This document shows, piece after piece, positions 41,343 to 52,560 of a stretch of 64,000 bases of DNA. Source of the DNA: an uncultured Verrucomicrobiae bacterium. Lineage in GTDB: Bacteria; Verrucomicrobiota; Verrucomicrobiia; Chthoniobacterales; UBA10450. The stretch is taken from NCBI GenBank assembly GCA_963735805.1, contig CAVTMK010000002.1, positions 896,001-960,000 on the forward strand. Direction: 5' to 3'. The translations under genes were made by a program, and so were the position numbers. Under the pieces are notes generated by a model. The model saw nothing but the letters and a program-made list of their open reading frames with translations, was not told the origin of the DNA and made no database searches. Numbering within the stretch: the first letter of the stretch is position 1; the number at the start of each line of letters is the position of its first letter.

Positions 41343-42028
41343 AGAACACCGCTGTGCGTGTTCTGCTCATCGGCGCGGCTGGGCGCATGGGAAAAACGAT
41401 CAGTGACCTTGCGAGCAGCGACCCGGAAATCAACATCATCGCGCAGTGCGATCTTGGCGACCGAATCGAGACGTCGATAAAAAATTGCGATGTCGCTGTC
41501 GATTTTAGTCACGCGGACGCTACCACTGAAATCTGCGCCGCTGCCTTACAGCATCGCAAACCGTTGGTCATTGGAACGACCGGTCACTCTCAAGAGCAAC
41601 GTAGGATAATTGAAGACACCGCTCGGTCATTGGCGATTGTCTTTGCATCTAATTTCAGCGTCGGGGTCAACGTACTTTTCTGGTTGACGCGTAAAGCAGC
41701 CGAGCAGCTCGGACGTGATTTTGATGCGGAGATTGTCGAAACCCATCACAAGATGAAAAAAGATGCGCCAAGCGGAACGGCCAAAACTCTTGCTGAGGTT
41801 TTGAAGGCAGCTAAAAAGATGGACGACGAAATCCCGATTAAATCGATTCGCGAAGGCGATGTCATTGGAGAACACGCGGTCATTTTTAAAGGACCCAGCG
41901 AGTGTCTTGAGCTGACCCATCGTGCGGCGAGTCGCGAGATTTTTGCTCGGGGCGCCTTGCGCGCGGCAAAATGGATTTTCAACCAGCCTCCGGGACTCTA
42001 CTCCATGCAGGATGTGCTCGGACTGTGA
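41339..42028 (+). CDS. dapB: 4-hydroxy-tetrahydrodipicolinate reductase
   Basis: GAAGRMG, GTTG, ETHHKMKKDAPSGTA. Confidence 0.97.
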   Translation: MKNTAVRVLLIGAAGRMGKTISDLASSDPEINIIAQCDLGDRIETSIKNCDVAVDFSHADATTEICAAALQHRKPLVIGTTGHSQEQRRIIEDTARSLAIVFASNFSVGVNVLFWLTRKAAEQLGRDFDAEIVETHHKMKKDAPSGTAKTLAEVLKAAKKMDDEIPIKSIREGDVIGEHAVIFKGPSECLELTHRAASREIFARGALRAAKWIFNQPPGLYSMQDVLGL

Positions 42029-42085
42029 TTCTTTAGCCCAGATTGGCGACCACGGCCGCCGCAATCAGCGAATTCGACTCCAACA

Positions 42086-42586
42086 ATGAGAACTGCCGTC
42101 GCGCTCGGATCTAATCTCGGCGATCGCCTCGATAATTTGCGGGCAGCCCGACAACGAATCGTCGAGTTCCATGATGTTCAGCCGCCCATTCTCTCTTCCA
42201 GCATCTGCGAGACCGAACCGGTCGATTGCGAACCGGGCGCGTTGAAATTTTTTAACGCCGTCCTGGAATTTGATTATGAAGGCGATCCTGTGCAGCTGCT
42301 TGAACGACTTCTTCGAATTGAAGAGTCGTTAGGCCGCAAGCACGATCATCGAAAAAACATCTCCCGCACAATCGACATCGACCTGCTCTACTGGGGCGAC
42401 CGCCGGATCCATAATAAACGATTGCAATTGCCCCACTCGCAAATGGATCAGAGAAGATTCGTGCTTCAACCGCTGGCCGATATCCGGCCCGAACTAGTCT
42501 TACCGGGCCAGACAAGAACAGTTCGCGAGCTGCTCGCGGAGCTCAAAGAACCTGGCGACGTGATTCGCTTACTAGACGCCTGGTAG
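42086..42586 (+). CDS. folK: HPPK (dihydropterin pyrophosphokinase)
   Basis: ALGSNLGDR, RTIDIDLL, LPH...RRFVLQPL. Confidence 0.95.
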   Translation: MRTAVALGSNLGDRLDNLRAARQRIVEFHDVQPPILSSSICETEPVDCEPGALKFFNAVLEFDYEGDPVQLLERLLRIEESLGRKHDHRKNISRTIDIDLLYWGDRRIHNKRLQLPHSQMDQRRFVLQPLADIRPELVLPGQTRTVRELLAELKEPGDVIRLLDAW

Positions 42587-42714
42587 GGGAGGGCACTGCG
42601 ATAGCCGCTGCCGCCAGCTGATTTTCGGTGGATGGGAGGGCGACACGGCTGCCTCGACAGTGTTTCGGCGAGCTTGCGTTCTCGGATTAGCGGCTGATCT
42701 TCCGAGCAGATTCG

Positions 42715-43464
42715 ATGAAAGATTTTCGGCAAATGAAACAACGGGGTGAAAAAATCACCGCGTTGACGGCTTACGATTATCCGACTGCGCGTCTACTCGA
42801 CGAGAGCGGCATCGATATCATCCTGGTGGGTGACTCGTTAGGCATGGTCGTGCTCGGTTGGCAGGATACGACCAGTGTGACACTGGAACAGATGCTGCAT
42901 CACACGCGCGCCGCGGCACGCGGGGTTAAGCAGGCGTTGCTGGTGGCAGACATGCCGATCCACACCTACGACACTGCTGAACAAGCTGTGGAGACAGCCA
43001 GGAAATTTGTCGATGTCGGCGCGCAGGCCGTGAAACTCGAGGGGGGTACGAGCCATGTGAAACAAATCGAGGCGATCACACAGGCGGGCATTCCGTTCAT
43101 GGCGCACATCGGCATGCTGCCCCAAAGCGTGCGCGAGGAAGGCGGTTACAGGATTAAAGGCCGTAATCAATCTGAAGCAAAAGCGCTGCTGGCTGACGCG
43201 CGTGCCGTGGAGAAGGCCGGCGCATTTTCTGTCGTGCTGGAAATTGTGGTCGCAGATATTGCAAGACAAATCACGAGAGCGATCGGCATCCCAACTATAG
43301 GTATCGGATCCGGCAAGCATTGTGACGGGCAAATCCTGGTCACGCACGATTTGATCGGACTCTTTCCGTGGTTCACACCGAAGTTTGTTTCTCCAGAGGC
43401 ACGTGTGGCGGACGAAATCCGGCGTGCCACGAGAGCGTTTATCGAGCAAACGCGAAACAGCTGA
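42715..43464 (+). CDS. panB: 3-methyl-2-oxobutanoate hydroxymethyltransferase
   Basis: LTAYDY, ILVGDSLG, AVKLEGG, IGIGSG..CDGQILV. Confidence 0.97.
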   Translation: MKDFRQMKQRGEKITALTAYDYPTARLLDESGIDIILVGDSLGMVVLGWQDTTSVTLEQMLHHTRAAARGVKQALLVADMPIHTYDTAEQAVETARKFVDVGAQAVKLEGGTSHVKQIEAITQAGIPFMAHIGMLPQSVREEGGYRIKGRNQSEAKALLADARAVEKAGAFSVVLEIVVADIARQITRAIGIPTIGIGSGKHCDGQILVTHDLIGLFPWFTPKFVSPEARVADEIRRATRAFIEQTRNS

Positions 43465-43615
43465 GAAAAAAATCGAAACGCTAATAAGAGTTACAAAGTT
43501 AAAAGAAGTTCATGGAGGGCCAGACGGTGGAACTTTTTAACGCCCGTTCCTTTGCGGATTTTGGGCATTCGTGCTTCGTCAATCCAGATGTGATATGTTC
43601 CGAGGGAGACAAGCA

Positions 43616-44665
43616 ATGAGAGTTTCCGATTTCGACGACTTTGACCGGCTTGAGACCGAAGGACTGCTCTCGGGCAGTAAAGAGCGCAGCTGGCTTTGGT
43701 TGGGATTGATCGTTTCACTGGGATTGCACCTCGCGCTCTGTGCTTATTTCTACCGGACACGTTTCCAATCGATCGAAACCCTGGTTGCACAAAATGAGCA
43801 GACGCCAACCTTCAAGGTCAGAAGCATCAACGCCTCGGATCTTGGCAAGAGCAGTGTCGATCAGACAAATCCAGCCGCCAAACCGAACCCCGACAACACC
43901 GATGTGCAGTTGCCGGACGAAAAGAAATCGTTCGACAAAATATTGCAGGATATTCAAGCCAGCGCGGCTCTTCCGGACGAGATGCGGGACGTTTTGCCGG
44001 ATCAACCCAAGGTTGACCAGCCGGAAGTAAATTCTGTTCTTAGTGAAATTGAGCGCTCGACTGCACAGAGTCTTGCTAGCGATCCAAACGCGCTGCAGCA
44101 GCAATCGCTGCTCAATAATAGTTCGCAATCAGGTCGCCCACAGCCGGCGCTCAGCGGAACGGAGCTCGCCACGAGTACGACGATCAAGCGCCCTAACACC
44201 TTTACCAGCAAGATGCCCGGTGACAGCGCCGGACCCATCAAAGGACACACTGCGGGCTTCAGCGATTTGGATCAGTTGCTCGCGCAAAAAGGACCGCTGG
44301 GATCGGGCACCAAATTGCGGTTACCGGACGATCAGCTGTTCGAATATGACAGCGATGTCCTGCAAGCAAGCGCCATCAGTCAGCTGCAAAAGCTGGGCAC
44401 TCTTATCCAACGCAACCCGAAAGCGACATTTTCCGTGGAAGGTTACACGGATTCATTCGGCACATTCGAATACAATCTCGACCTCAGCCAGCGCCGTGCC
44501 GACAGCGTGAAGCGTTATTTGGTGGAGGCAATGCGGATTAATCCTGCACAGATCGAGACACACGGTTACGGCGCAACAAAATTCCGAGCGCCGCCGAACG
44601 GCTCAATTGAAGGGCAAAGTCCCAATCGCCGCGTAGAGGTTGTAGTGCGTACGAGCGAGGGGTGA
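43616..44665 (+). CDS. Membrane-anchored OmpA/MotB-domain protein
   Basis: One N-terminal TM, low-complexity linker, C-terminal LFEYDS..VEGYTDS..NLDLSQRRA..NRRVEV. Confidence 0.9.
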   Translation: MRVSDFDDFDRLETEGLLSGSKERSWLWLGLIVSLGLHLALCAYFYRTRFQSIETLVAQNEQTPTFKVRSINASDLGKSSVDQTNPAAKPNPDNTDVQLPDEKKSFDKILQDIQASAALPDEMRDVLPDQPKVDQPEVNSVLSEIERSTAQSLASDPNALQQQSLLNNSSQSGRPQPALSGTELATSTTIKRPNTFTSKMPGDSAGPIKGHTAGFSDLDQLLAQKGPLGSGTKLRLPDDQLFEYDSDVLQASAISQLQKLGTLIQRNPKATFSVEGYTDSFGTFEYNLDLSQRRADSVKRYLVEAMRINPAQIETHGYGATKFRAPPNGSIEGQSPNRRVEVVVRTSEG

Positions 44666-44683
44666 GGGGTGAGGGGTGAGGGG
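44657..44683 (+). repeat. Heptamer tandem repeat (GAGGGGT) x ~4
   Basis: Seen directly; overlaps the stop codon of the OmpA-domain gene. Confidence 0.9.
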
Positions 44684-44767
44684 AATTGGGGAATCCACCT
44701 TCGCTAAAAGGACAGGTCCCGGATTTAGAATTGCGGACCTCTTGTCGCGGCACTCTATACGGGCCGG

Positions 44768-44841
44768 TGTAGCCACGGCGCTGTGCCGCCGTGTCCGATA
44801 ATGACGTTGCGCGAGCGCCTCGACACAGCGAGGCGGCTACA
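44768..44841. repeat. GTAG-type REP doublet between convergent genes
   Basis: TGTAGCC...GGCTACA ends with internal palindromes ACGGCG..CGCCGT and GCCTCG..CGAGGC. Confidence 0.75.
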
Positions 44842-44846
44842 ACCTC

Positions 44847-45509
44847 TTACCAGTTTTTGATCCATTGTGGAGTGATCGTGTCAGGGTTGGGAGGGTTGCT
44901 AGTTAGTCCTGACGTACTCCAAAGGTCGAAGGTTGGGTTGTAACCCGGAGCGCCACCTGGGGTGGCGGCTTGGGCAGTCGAATATCCGTAGCTATTCCCG
45001 AAGGGGTCGGCGATTGCAGTGACGGTACCGGTACCGCCAGAAGGTAGAAGCATTTTCGGCTTGAATTCCATATAGCTCTTAGCAGTTGGGCTCCGATTTG
45101 CACTGCTATCGCCGCTCAACTTCACGTACAACCAAAGGCTAGCCTGAGTGTAAGCAGTTGTGCCCGGATTTCCGTTAGTTTTGGGATCGAGGGTATTTGT
45201 GTCGGCGTTATTCGGATAAACTCCGTTATCCGCCTTGTAATTTTCGCAGGCAGCCGACATGGCAGCGATTTCTGTTTCGGCGCGGGACCGCGCAGCTTTC
45301 TTTTGGGCGTAACCAACGGTGCTCAGAACCAAACCCACGAGGATGCCGATGACGGCGATGACAACGATCAACTCGATCAGAGTGAAGGCCCCGCCGGCTG
45401 AAAATGACGAATGACGTCGCCGCGTTGAATCGTTGAATCGTTGAATCGTTGAATCGCAAATCCGATTTAACCGGTTAACGATGTAACGAATCAGGGGGTT
45501 CTGCGACAT
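44847..45509 (-). CDS. Type IV pilin / GspG-like pseudopilin (start 45509 or 45542)
   Basis: A|FTLIELIVVIAVIGILVGL N-methylation motif; DPFGNSYGY and FDLWS GspG-like C-terminus. Confidence 0.88.
   Translation of the reverse strand: MSQNPLIRYIVNRLNRICDSTIQRFNDSTRRRHSSFSAGGAFTLIELIVVIAVIGILVGLVLSTVGYAQKKAARSRAETEIAAMSAACENYKADNGVYPNNADTNTLDPKTNGNPGTTAYTQASLWLYVKLSGDSSANRSPTAKSYMEFKPKMLLPSGGTGTVTAIADPFGNSYGYSTAQAATPGGAPGYNPTFDLWSTSGLTSNPPNPDTITPQWIKNW
45423..45456 (+). repeat. Octamer tandem repeat (CGTTGAAT) x 4.25 in the prepilin leader
   Basis: Seen directly. Confidence 0.9.
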
Positions 45510-45538
45510 TCGGAGTTTGTCATTCCCGGCCCAGCGGA

Positions 45539-46828
45539 TCACGTCTGCTGTTGCAGACCGCTGATGATACTGATGAGCGGGGTGAAAAGGGCGAGGACGA
45601 TCGTACCGACAATCACCGCCAGAAACACGATCATGATGGGCTCAAGCATCGACGTGAGCGCGGCGACGGCGTTATCAACCTCGTCATCATAAACATCGGC
45701 AATCTTCAGCAACATTTCCGGGAGTTTACCAGTTTCTTCGCCGACATCGATCATGCTGATCACCATCGGCGGAAAAGAGCGACTGGCTTCCAGCGGTTGA
45801 ACGATCGATTCGCCTTCCTTTACGCTGTCGTGCACCTGTGAGATGGCAGCCGCAATGGCTGCGTTCCCGGCGGTTTCGCGGGTAATACTTAGCGCCTGCA
45901 AAATCGGTACACCGCTCGTCACCAGCGTTCCGAGTGTGCGCGCAAACCGCGAGATCGCCGTTTTGCGATTCAAATCGCCGAACAGCGGCATCCGCAGCTT
46001 AAAATTATCAATCACGAACCGCCCACCGCGTGTCCGGCCGATGAACTTGTAGGCGGCTACTACTGCGATTACGGCCCCGATCAGAACAAGACCATGATTT
46101 TTTACCAGGTTACTAGCTGCGATAACAAAAGTGGTGATCGCCGGCAGCGGTTTATTTCCAAGCATGTCGTGGAAAATCGCTTCGAACTTCGGCACAATGA
46201 ACACGAGAAGAAAACCCATGATGGCTACCGCCATGGTCATCACGATCATCGGATAGACCATTGCTGCGACAACTTTGTTTTTTATCTTCGCCGCCTTTTC
46301 CTGAAATTCGGAAAGCCGGCTAAGCACCAATTCCATTACGCCGCCAACCTCGCCGGCTTTGACCATGTTGACGTATAAATCGTTAAAGATTCGCGGATGC
46401 AGCGCCAGCGCGTCCGAAAATGTGTTACCGCTCTGAACGGAGTCGGCGAGCTTGTTGATTGTGTTCTTCAACACCTTGTCGCGCTCCTGTTTCGCCAGAA
46501 CGGTCAGGCTTCGTAACAATGGCAGTCCGGAATCGATCAAGGTCGCGAGTTGACGCGTGAAAATCATCAGGATTTTGGGCTTAATTTTCGTGCGCTGGAA
46601 GAGAACGATGCTGGTTTTGGCACGCGGCTTCACTGCACGCGCTATCTTCGCCGCACGACGGCGACTTGCTTTGCCGTCAGTAGCGCTTATCGCTTCCTCG
46701 TAGACGCTGGTAGGGAAATACCCTGCCTGGCGCAGTCGCCCAATTGCGTCATTGGTTGAAGAGGCTTCAACTAATCCGGTTGCTTCCTGTCCCCGAGCAT
46801 CCAGAGCTACGTAGTTGTAACGTGGCAT
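45539..46828 (-). CDS. pilC: Type IV pilus / T2SS inner membrane platform protein (PilC/GspF)
   Basis: FTRQLATLIDSGLP, MVKAGEVGG, SGVPIL, GEETGKL, LEP motifs. Confidence 0.92.
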   Translation of the reverse strand: MPRYNYVALDARGQEATGLVEASSTNDAIGRLRQAGYFPTSVYEEAISATDGKASRRRAAKIARAVKPRAKTSIVLFQRTKIKPKILMIFTRQLATLIDSGLPLLRSLTVLAKQERDKVLKNTINKLADSVQSGNTFSDALALHPRIFNDLYVNMVKAGEVGGVMELVLSRLSEFQEKAAKIKNKVVAAMVYPMIVMTMAVAIMGFLLVFIVPKFEAIFHDMLGNKPLPAITTFVIAASNLVKNHGLVLIGAVIAVVAAYKFIGRTRGGRFVIDNFKLRMPLFGDLNRKTAISRFARTLGTLVTSGVPILQALSITRETAGNAAIAAAISQVHDSVKEGESIVQPLEASRSFPPMVISMIDVGEETGKLPEMLLKIADVYDDEVDNAVAALTSMLEPIMIVFLAVIVGTIVLALFTPLISIISGLQQQT

Positions 46829-46927
46829 GACGAAGTTAACGATTTCATGAGTTAGCGATTAGACCAAAGCCGCCTCTCTTAGTCCATTTCAATCGACAAA
46901 TCACTAACCCGGCGAATCATAGATTCG

Positions 46928-48625
46928 TCATGTATATCTCAGCACTTCCTCGACGGTGGTGTCTCCGGCGAAGATGCTGCGCAAGCCATCCTGGCGCAAT
47001 GTTACCATTCCAAGCTCCACAGCCTTTTGCTTTAAGCTAACCGTTGGCGCGCGCTCATTAATCAATTCGCGAATCGGGTCGGTGATTCTCAGAAGTTCGT
47101 AGATTCCTTTTCGTCCCTTGTAACCAGTGTTGTTACAGGCGTCGCAGCCCTTGCCGTAAAAGAATTGTTTGTCGCCGATGTCCTGCCGGGAGATCCCCAG
47201 ATCAGCCAGTAAGGTCTCGCTCGGCTTGTAAGTTGCGCGGCACTGCCGGCAGATGCTGCGTAGTAGACGCTGACCGAGCACAGCTTCCAATGTCGACGAA
47301 ATCAGAAATGGTTCCACACCCATATCGATCAGGCGCGTGATTGCTCCGGAGGCGTCGTTGGTATGTAGGGTAGTGAAAACAAGGTGCCCCGTCAGAGACG
47401 CCTGAATGGAAATCTGCGCAGTCTCGAGGTCGCGTGTTTCACCCACCATGATGCGATCCGGGTCCTGGCGCAGAAAGGATCGTAGAACGCGAGCGAATGT
47501 CAGGCCGATCGCCTCATTCACCGGCACTTGCACGATCCCTTCCAGATCGTACTCCACCGGCTCCTCCGCGGTAAGAAGCTTCGAGTCAATCGTATTGATC
47601 TTCCGCAGACAGGAATAAAGCGTCGTTGTCTTTCCGGAGCCAGTTGGTCCGGTCGCAATGAAGATGCCATTAGGACGCTCAATCATCTCCAGAAGAAAAT
47701 TATAAATGTAATCGGGCATTCCGAGCGCTTCGAGGTCCAGATTTACGATGGTCCGATCGAGGACCCGCAGAACGAGGCTCTCGCCGAATTGAGTTGGCAA
47801 GGTTGAAACCCGAAGATCGACATTGCGTCCGGCGATGTGCTTCTGAATGCGGCCATCCTGAGGCAAACGTCTTTCTGCGATATTCATGTTGGCCATCACT
47901 TTCACCCGGGAGATCACAGGCAGGGCGAGATGACGCGGCGGCGGCGACATTTCGTAGAGCGCGCCATCAACGCGATAACGGATTTTGAATTCATCTTCGA
48001 ACGGCTCAAAATGAATGTCACTGGCGCGGTCTTGGATCGCCTGGTAAAGGATGAGATCGACAAAGCGAATGATGGGAGTCGCGTTTGCTTCGGCTTCCAC
48101 TGCTGCCTCGCCATCTTCCTCGACTCGGGCTGCAATGGAGAGCGCCTCGCCAGCTTCGCCGAGCTGCTTGAGAACGTCCTCCATGCTAGTGGTATCGCTG
48201 CCATAATATTGCTTAATCAGGTCTTCGATTTGATCCGGCGGTGAAACGACGACGTGAATATCTTTACCGAGCGCAAAGCGAAGGTCCTCCGCGGCGTGAA
48301 GATCAAACGGATCAACGAGCGCGACTCGCAATGTGGTTCCGCTGATTTCAACTGGAAAAGCGCCATGCAACCGAGCCAGGCCACTGGGAATGAGACGCAA
48401 AATCTCCGGACGGATATCGCGCTCGGCCAGGCCGACAAGGTCCGTGCCCAGGCCGTTGGCAATTGTCTGGTAAAATCCCTGATGGTCGATAAATCCGCCA
48501 TCGATCATCGCCTGAGCGACTGTCTTTCCGTTCAACTCTACCTCGTCCAGGACGTCTTCTGCCTGCGAAGGCTGGAGCACGCCGTGCTCGACAAAAAATT
48601 CGGCAACCTGTTTCTCCCTCATCAA
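46928..48625 (-). CDS. pilB: GspE/PilB family assembly ATPase
   Basis: [34 protein letters not shown], Zn site CRQC..CDAC. Confidence 0.92.
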   Translation of the reverse strand: MMREKQVAEFFVEHGVLQPSQAEDVLDEVELNGKTVAQAMIDGGFIDHQGFYQTIANGLGTDLVGLAERDIRPEILRLIPSGLARLHGAFPVEISGTTLRVALVDPFDLHAAEDLRFALGKDIHVVVSPPDQIEDLIKQYYGSDTTSMEDVLKQLGEAGEALSIAARVEEDGEAAVEAEANATPIIRFVDLILYQAIQDRASDIHFEPFEDEFKIRYRVDGALYEMSPPPRHLALPVISRVKVMANMNIAERRLPQDGRIQKHIAGRNVDLRVSTLPTQFGESLVLRVLDRTIVNLDLEALGMPDYIYNFLLEMIERPNGIFIATGPTGSGKTTTLYSCLRKINTIDSKLLTAEEPVEYDLEGIVQVPVNEAIGLTFARVLRSFLRQDPDRIMVGETRDLETAQISIQASLTGHLVFTTLHTNDASGAITRLIDMGVEPFLISSTLEAVLGQRLLRSICRQCRATYKPSETLLADLGISRQDIGDKQFFYGKGCDACNNTGYKGRKGIYELLRITDPIRELINERAPTVSLKQKAVELGMVTLRQDGLRSIFAGDTTVEEVLRYT

Positions 48626-50325
48626 CTCGCGTCTCCCACCGTAATGGAGATTATTTCTTCGGCAGAAGTGAGCCCTGCCAGCACCTTGCGAACGCCGTCC
48701 TCGCGGAGCGTGCGCATGCCAAGTTCACGCGCTCGCTGTCGCAACAACAAAGTCGGGCTGCGTTTGTTGATCATGTGACGAACGTCGTCGTCGATCGCAA
48801 AAATTTCGAAGATGCCCATTCGACCCTTGTAACCGATTTGTCGGCATCGATCGCATCCTACCGGCTTCATTACCTGCGCCTCGGAAAGCTGACCCGACTC
48901 GATTCGCAATGCGCGCAATTCGGTCTCACTAAGTTCTCCTGGTTGTTTGCAATGCGGGCACAATCGGCGGACCAGCCGTTGCGCCATAATCGCTCGTACG
49001 GAGGAAGCAACAAGAAAAGGCTGAACACCGAGATCGACTAAACGAGGAACGGCTGAAGGTGCGTCATTAGTGTGCAGCGTACTGAACACAAGGTGTCCGG
49101 TCAGACTAGCGTTCGTTGCAATGCTAGCAGTCTCGAGATCTCGAATTTCACCAATCATAATGATGTTTGGCGCCTGGCGCAGGATGGAACGCAACGCGGC
49201 CGGAAAAGTCATGCCAATCTCCGTGTTCACCTGCACCTGGTTGATGCCAGTCATTTGATATTCGATCGGCTCTTCTACGGTGATAATCTTACGATCTGGT
49301 TTGTTGATGTAATTGAGACAGGCATACAGCGTGGTCGTCTTGCCGGAGCCGGTGGGACCAGTGACGAGTAGAATGCCGTCCGGCAGTTTGATCAGTCGTT
49401 CGAAGATTTCCTGGTCATCTGAAAGAAAACCAAGCTCGGGTAAGCCGAGCTTTAAACTGGACTTATCCAACAGGCGCATTACCACGCTCTCGCCATGATT
49501 TGTGGGAATCGTTGAGACCCGAAGGTCGAGTGGCTTCTTTTTGATTTTTACCTGGATGCGACCGTCTTGTGGCAGGCGTTTTTCTGCGATGCTCATCGAA
49601 CCGGTCATGATTTTGAGCCGGCTGATGATGGCTGATTGCAAACGTTTGGGTGGCGCCTGCATTTCCTGCAATACGCCGTCGACCCTGAAACGAACGCGAA
49701 ACTTCTTGTCCAGCGGCTCAAGATGAATATCGCTCGCCCCAGCGCGATGCGCCTCGATCAGTAGCATCGAGACTAACCGGATAATTGGCGCGTCGGCTTC
49801 ATCAACCACGGTTCCCTCCGAGCCGTCACCAATTTCCAGTCCGAGATCGATGTCTTCGCCGATTTTCTTCTGCAGAACATCGGCCGCTTCGTCGGCCGTC
49901 CCGTAGTACTTGATCAGCGCGTCGCGAATTTTCTGGGGGCTGGTGCACACCAGTTCCAGTTCGCGTTGGAGGAGAAAACTCAAACTGTCGATCGTATCGA
50001 TATCGAGCGGATTACCGACCGCCACTACCAGACCGGTCTCGCCAAAAGCCGCTGGGATCACTTTGAAACGGCGCGCATCTTCTCCTCGGATTTGATTGAT
50101 GATTTGTGGCGGAATTACCATGGACGAGATATCGATCCAATCCATGTGCGCTTGTGCTGCCAGCGTGCGCGAGACGTCGACATCGGAGATAACTCCGTCA
50201 TTGGTCAAGATGTCGACAATACCGGGCTCGCCGTTTAAAACTGACCGCGCGCTGTCGATCTGTTGACGTGTGATGAGTCCGCTGTCCTCGAGGACTTTCA
50301 GTACGTACTCTTCGTTGTGTTGCAC
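48622..50325 (-). CDS. pilB: Second GspE/PilB family assembly ATPase
   Basis: [34 protein letters not shown]. Confidence 0.92.
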   Translation of the reverse strand: MQHNEEYVLKVLEDSGLITRQQIDSARSVLNGEPGIVDILTNDGVISDVDVSRTLAAQAHMDWIDISSMVIPPQIINQIRGEDARRFKVIPAAFGETGLVVAVGNPLDIDTIDSLSFLLQRELELVCTSPQKIRDALIKYYGTADEAADVLQKKIGEDIDLGLEIGDGSEGTVVDEADAPIIRLVSMLLIEAHRAGASDIHLEPLDKKFRVRFRVDGVLQEMQAPPKRLQSAIISRLKIMTGSMSIAEKRLPQDGRIQVKIKKKPLDLRVSTIPTNHGESVVMRLLDKSSLKLGLPELGFLSDDQEIFERLIKLPDGILLVTGPTGSGKTTTLYACLNYINKPDRKIITVEEPIEYQMTGINQVQVNTEIGMTFPAALRSILRQAPNIIMIGEIRDLETASIATNASLTGHLVFSTLHTNDAPSAVPRLVDLGVQPFLVASSVRAIMAQRLVRRLCPHCKQPGELSETELRALRIESGQLSEAQVMKPVGCDRCRQIGYKGRMGIFEIFAIDDDVRHMINKRSPTLLLRQRARELGMRTLREDGVRKVLAGLTSAEEIISITVGDAS

Positions 50326-50425
50326 CGGAGGAAGGAGATGCCTGGGCGCGCAGTTTACCGCAAAACCGCTAAATTTCCAACGGACTAGATCGGTATCGAG
50401 GCTCGGCTCTCCCTCCCAGGGAATA

Positions 50426-52297
50426 TCATTCTACGGTAACGCTTTTTGCGAGATTGCGTGGTTTATCGACATCCCGGCCCAGTTCGACTGCGAGATGATA
50501 CGCGAGAAGCTGAAGCGGGACGACAGTCAGGATGGGCATTACGTACTCGGGCGCTTCCGGTAGGACGATGATATCGTTGGCGATCTCTTTTAGGTGCTTT
50601 GGACCGTCTCCGCTGGTTACGGCGATGACAGGTCCCTTGCGTGCCTTCACTTGCTCGATGTTGTTCAGGTTTTTAGAGAAAATGGAATCGTCCGGGGCAA
50701 TAAACACCGAGGGCAGATCCGGACGAACCAGCGCGATAATGCCATGCTTTAGCTCAGCGCTGGGATGCCCTTCAGCAAACAGGTAGGTAATCTCCTTCAT
50801 CTTGAGCGCCCCTTCGAGCGCCACGGGGAAGTTGAATTGTCGGCCAAAGAAAAGCATGCCGTGTGCGTTAGCATATTTTCTCGCGATTGCCTTAATCTGA
50901 TCGCTGAGATCCAAAACCGTTTCGATCTGGCCTGGTAACGCTTCGAGCGCCTCAATCACTCGGCTTCCATCGGTTGCAGAAAGGTTTCGCATCCGCCCAA
51001 AGAGCAGCCCGAGAAGCGTAAGAATGGCAAGTTGCGAGGTAAATGATTTGCTGGCAGCGACGCCGATTTCCGGCCCTGCGTGCATATAAACGCCCCCGTC
51101 GCTCTCGCGAGCGATAGTGCTCGCCACATTGTTGCAAATTCCGAGTGTGCGAAAACCTTTGCGCCGGCTTTCACGCAACGCACCGAGCGTATCTGCGGTT
51201 TCGCCGCTCTGGCTGATCGCAAACACCAGTGTCTCAGGAGTCATGGGTGTGTTGCGATGGCGGAACTCGCTCGCGTACTCCACTTCCGTCGGAATGCTGG
51301 CGAGTCGCTCGAGCAGATACTCACCGACTCCTGCCGCATGAAGCGCCGTGCCGCAACCGGTTAGCACGATACGGCCGACGTCGCGAAGCTCGGGAGGAGT
51401 CATATTCAAGCCACCCAGCTTTGCGGTGCATTCGTCCGGGTTGAGACGGCCGCGCATCGCGTCGCGCACTGTGTCGGGTTGCTCAAAGATTTCTTTGAGC
51501 ATGTAATGTGGATAATCCCCTTTGCCGATGTCTTCGGCGGTAAATTCAACCTTGCTGACCGGATGCTCGGTGCTGTCACCTGCGAGCGAGGTGATTTCGA
51601 ACTTGTCTCGCCCCGCGGCGACCACGTCGAAATCGTTCAGATAAATAGCATCACGGGTGTAGGCGACGATCGCGCTCACGTCGCTGGCCAGAAAGTTCTC
51701 GCCATTGCCTACGCCGAGCACGAGTGGGCTTCCCCGCCTCGCGCCGATCATGAAATCCGGGATATCGGCGTGGATCAGAGTGATACCATATGTGCCAATC
51801 ACCTGTCTCAGCGCCGCGCGAACCGCCGCCAGCAGCCGCTCCTTTTTTTCCGGGATATCGACCGTGCTGGCACACGATTCTTCGTACAGTTTTCCAATCA
51901 AATGCGCGAGTACTTCGGTATCGGTTTCGGAGGTAAAGTTTGAATCGCCGCTCCGGATTAGCTCATCTTTGAGCGTCTGATAATTTTCGATCACTCCGTT
52001 GTGCACCAGTGCCAGCTTGCCGCTGGCGTCAAAGTGCGGATGCGCGTTCTGGTCGGTGACTTTGCCGTGCGTTGCCCAGCGTGTGTGACTGATCCCAAGC
52101 GAGCCGGACACCGGTTCCTCTCTCATTAGCTTTGCCAGTACTCCGATGCGTCCGGCACGTTTACGTGTTTCCAGACGTCCTCCGTCGACGACAGCGATGC
52201 CGGCCGAGTCGTAGCCTCGATATTCAAGGCGACGCAACCCGTCGAGCAAAATGGGCGCTGCTTGCGCGCGCCCGACATAGCCAACTATCCCGCACAT
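50426..52297 (-). CDS. glmS: Glutamine--fructose-6-phosphate aminotransferase
   Basis: MCGIVG Ntn start at 52297, LEYRGYDSAG, HTRWATHG, PRNLAKSVTVE. Confidence 0.97.
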   Translation of the reverse strand: MCGIVGYVGRAQAAPILLDGLRRLEYRGYDSAGIAVVDGGRLETRKRAGRIGVLAKLMREEPVSGSLGISHTRWATHGKVTDQNAHPHFDASGKLALVHNGVIENYQTLKDELIRSGDSNFTSETDTEVLAHLIGKLYEESCASTVDIPEKKERLLAAVRAALRQVIGTYGITLIHADIPDFMIGARRGSPLVLGVGNGENFLASDVSAIVAYTRDAIYLNDFDVVAAGRDKFEITSLAGDSTEHPVSKVEFTAEDIGKGDYPHYMLKEIFEQPDTVRDAMRGRLNPDECTAKLGGLNMTPPELRDVGRIVLTGCGTALHAAGVGEYLLERLASIPTEVEYASEFRHRNTPMTPETLVFAISQSGETADTLGALRESRRKGFRTLGICNNVASTIARESDGGVYMHAGPEIGVAASKSFTSQLAILTLLGLLFGRMRNLSATDGSRVIEALEALPGQIETVLDLSDQIKAIARKYANAHGMLFFGRQFNFPVALEGALKMKEITYLFAEGHPSAELKHGIIALVRPDLPSVFIAPDDSIFSKNLNNIEQVKARKGPVIAVTSGDGPKHLKEIANDIIVLPEAPEYVMPILTVVPLQLLAYHLAVELGRDVDKPRNLAKSVTVE

Positions 52298-52560
52298 GTT
52301 GCGAGTGTAATGGCGGGCATCGGTGCTCGCAAGATTCGTTGAACCCGGGCAGCGTTCGATTGCCATCAGGGGCAATGGTTAAGCACAAATGGCGAATGAC
52401 GAACGAACTCCGAGTCGCGGAAATGACGGAGAGGTATAACACACCGGTCTTCGTGCTTCAGATTTCGTCATTCTTCGGGCTTCGTCATTCGTTATTCGTC
52501 ATTTATAAGGTGGTCGCAAGGTTATTGACCCCAAAAACGGTTCAAGATTGATTGATCTCA

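Noticed and set aside
46928..50325. Tandem pilB paralogs as a novel system
   Set aside because: Two adjacent GspE/PilB ATPases with PilC are a familiar arrangement in PVC bacteria.
52298..52550. glmS ribozyme upstream of glmS
   Set aside because: The minus-strand leader has only scattered short matches (ATCGAA, GATGCC) and lacks the AGCGCC..ACU / GACGAGG catalytic core; an Rfam search would settle it.
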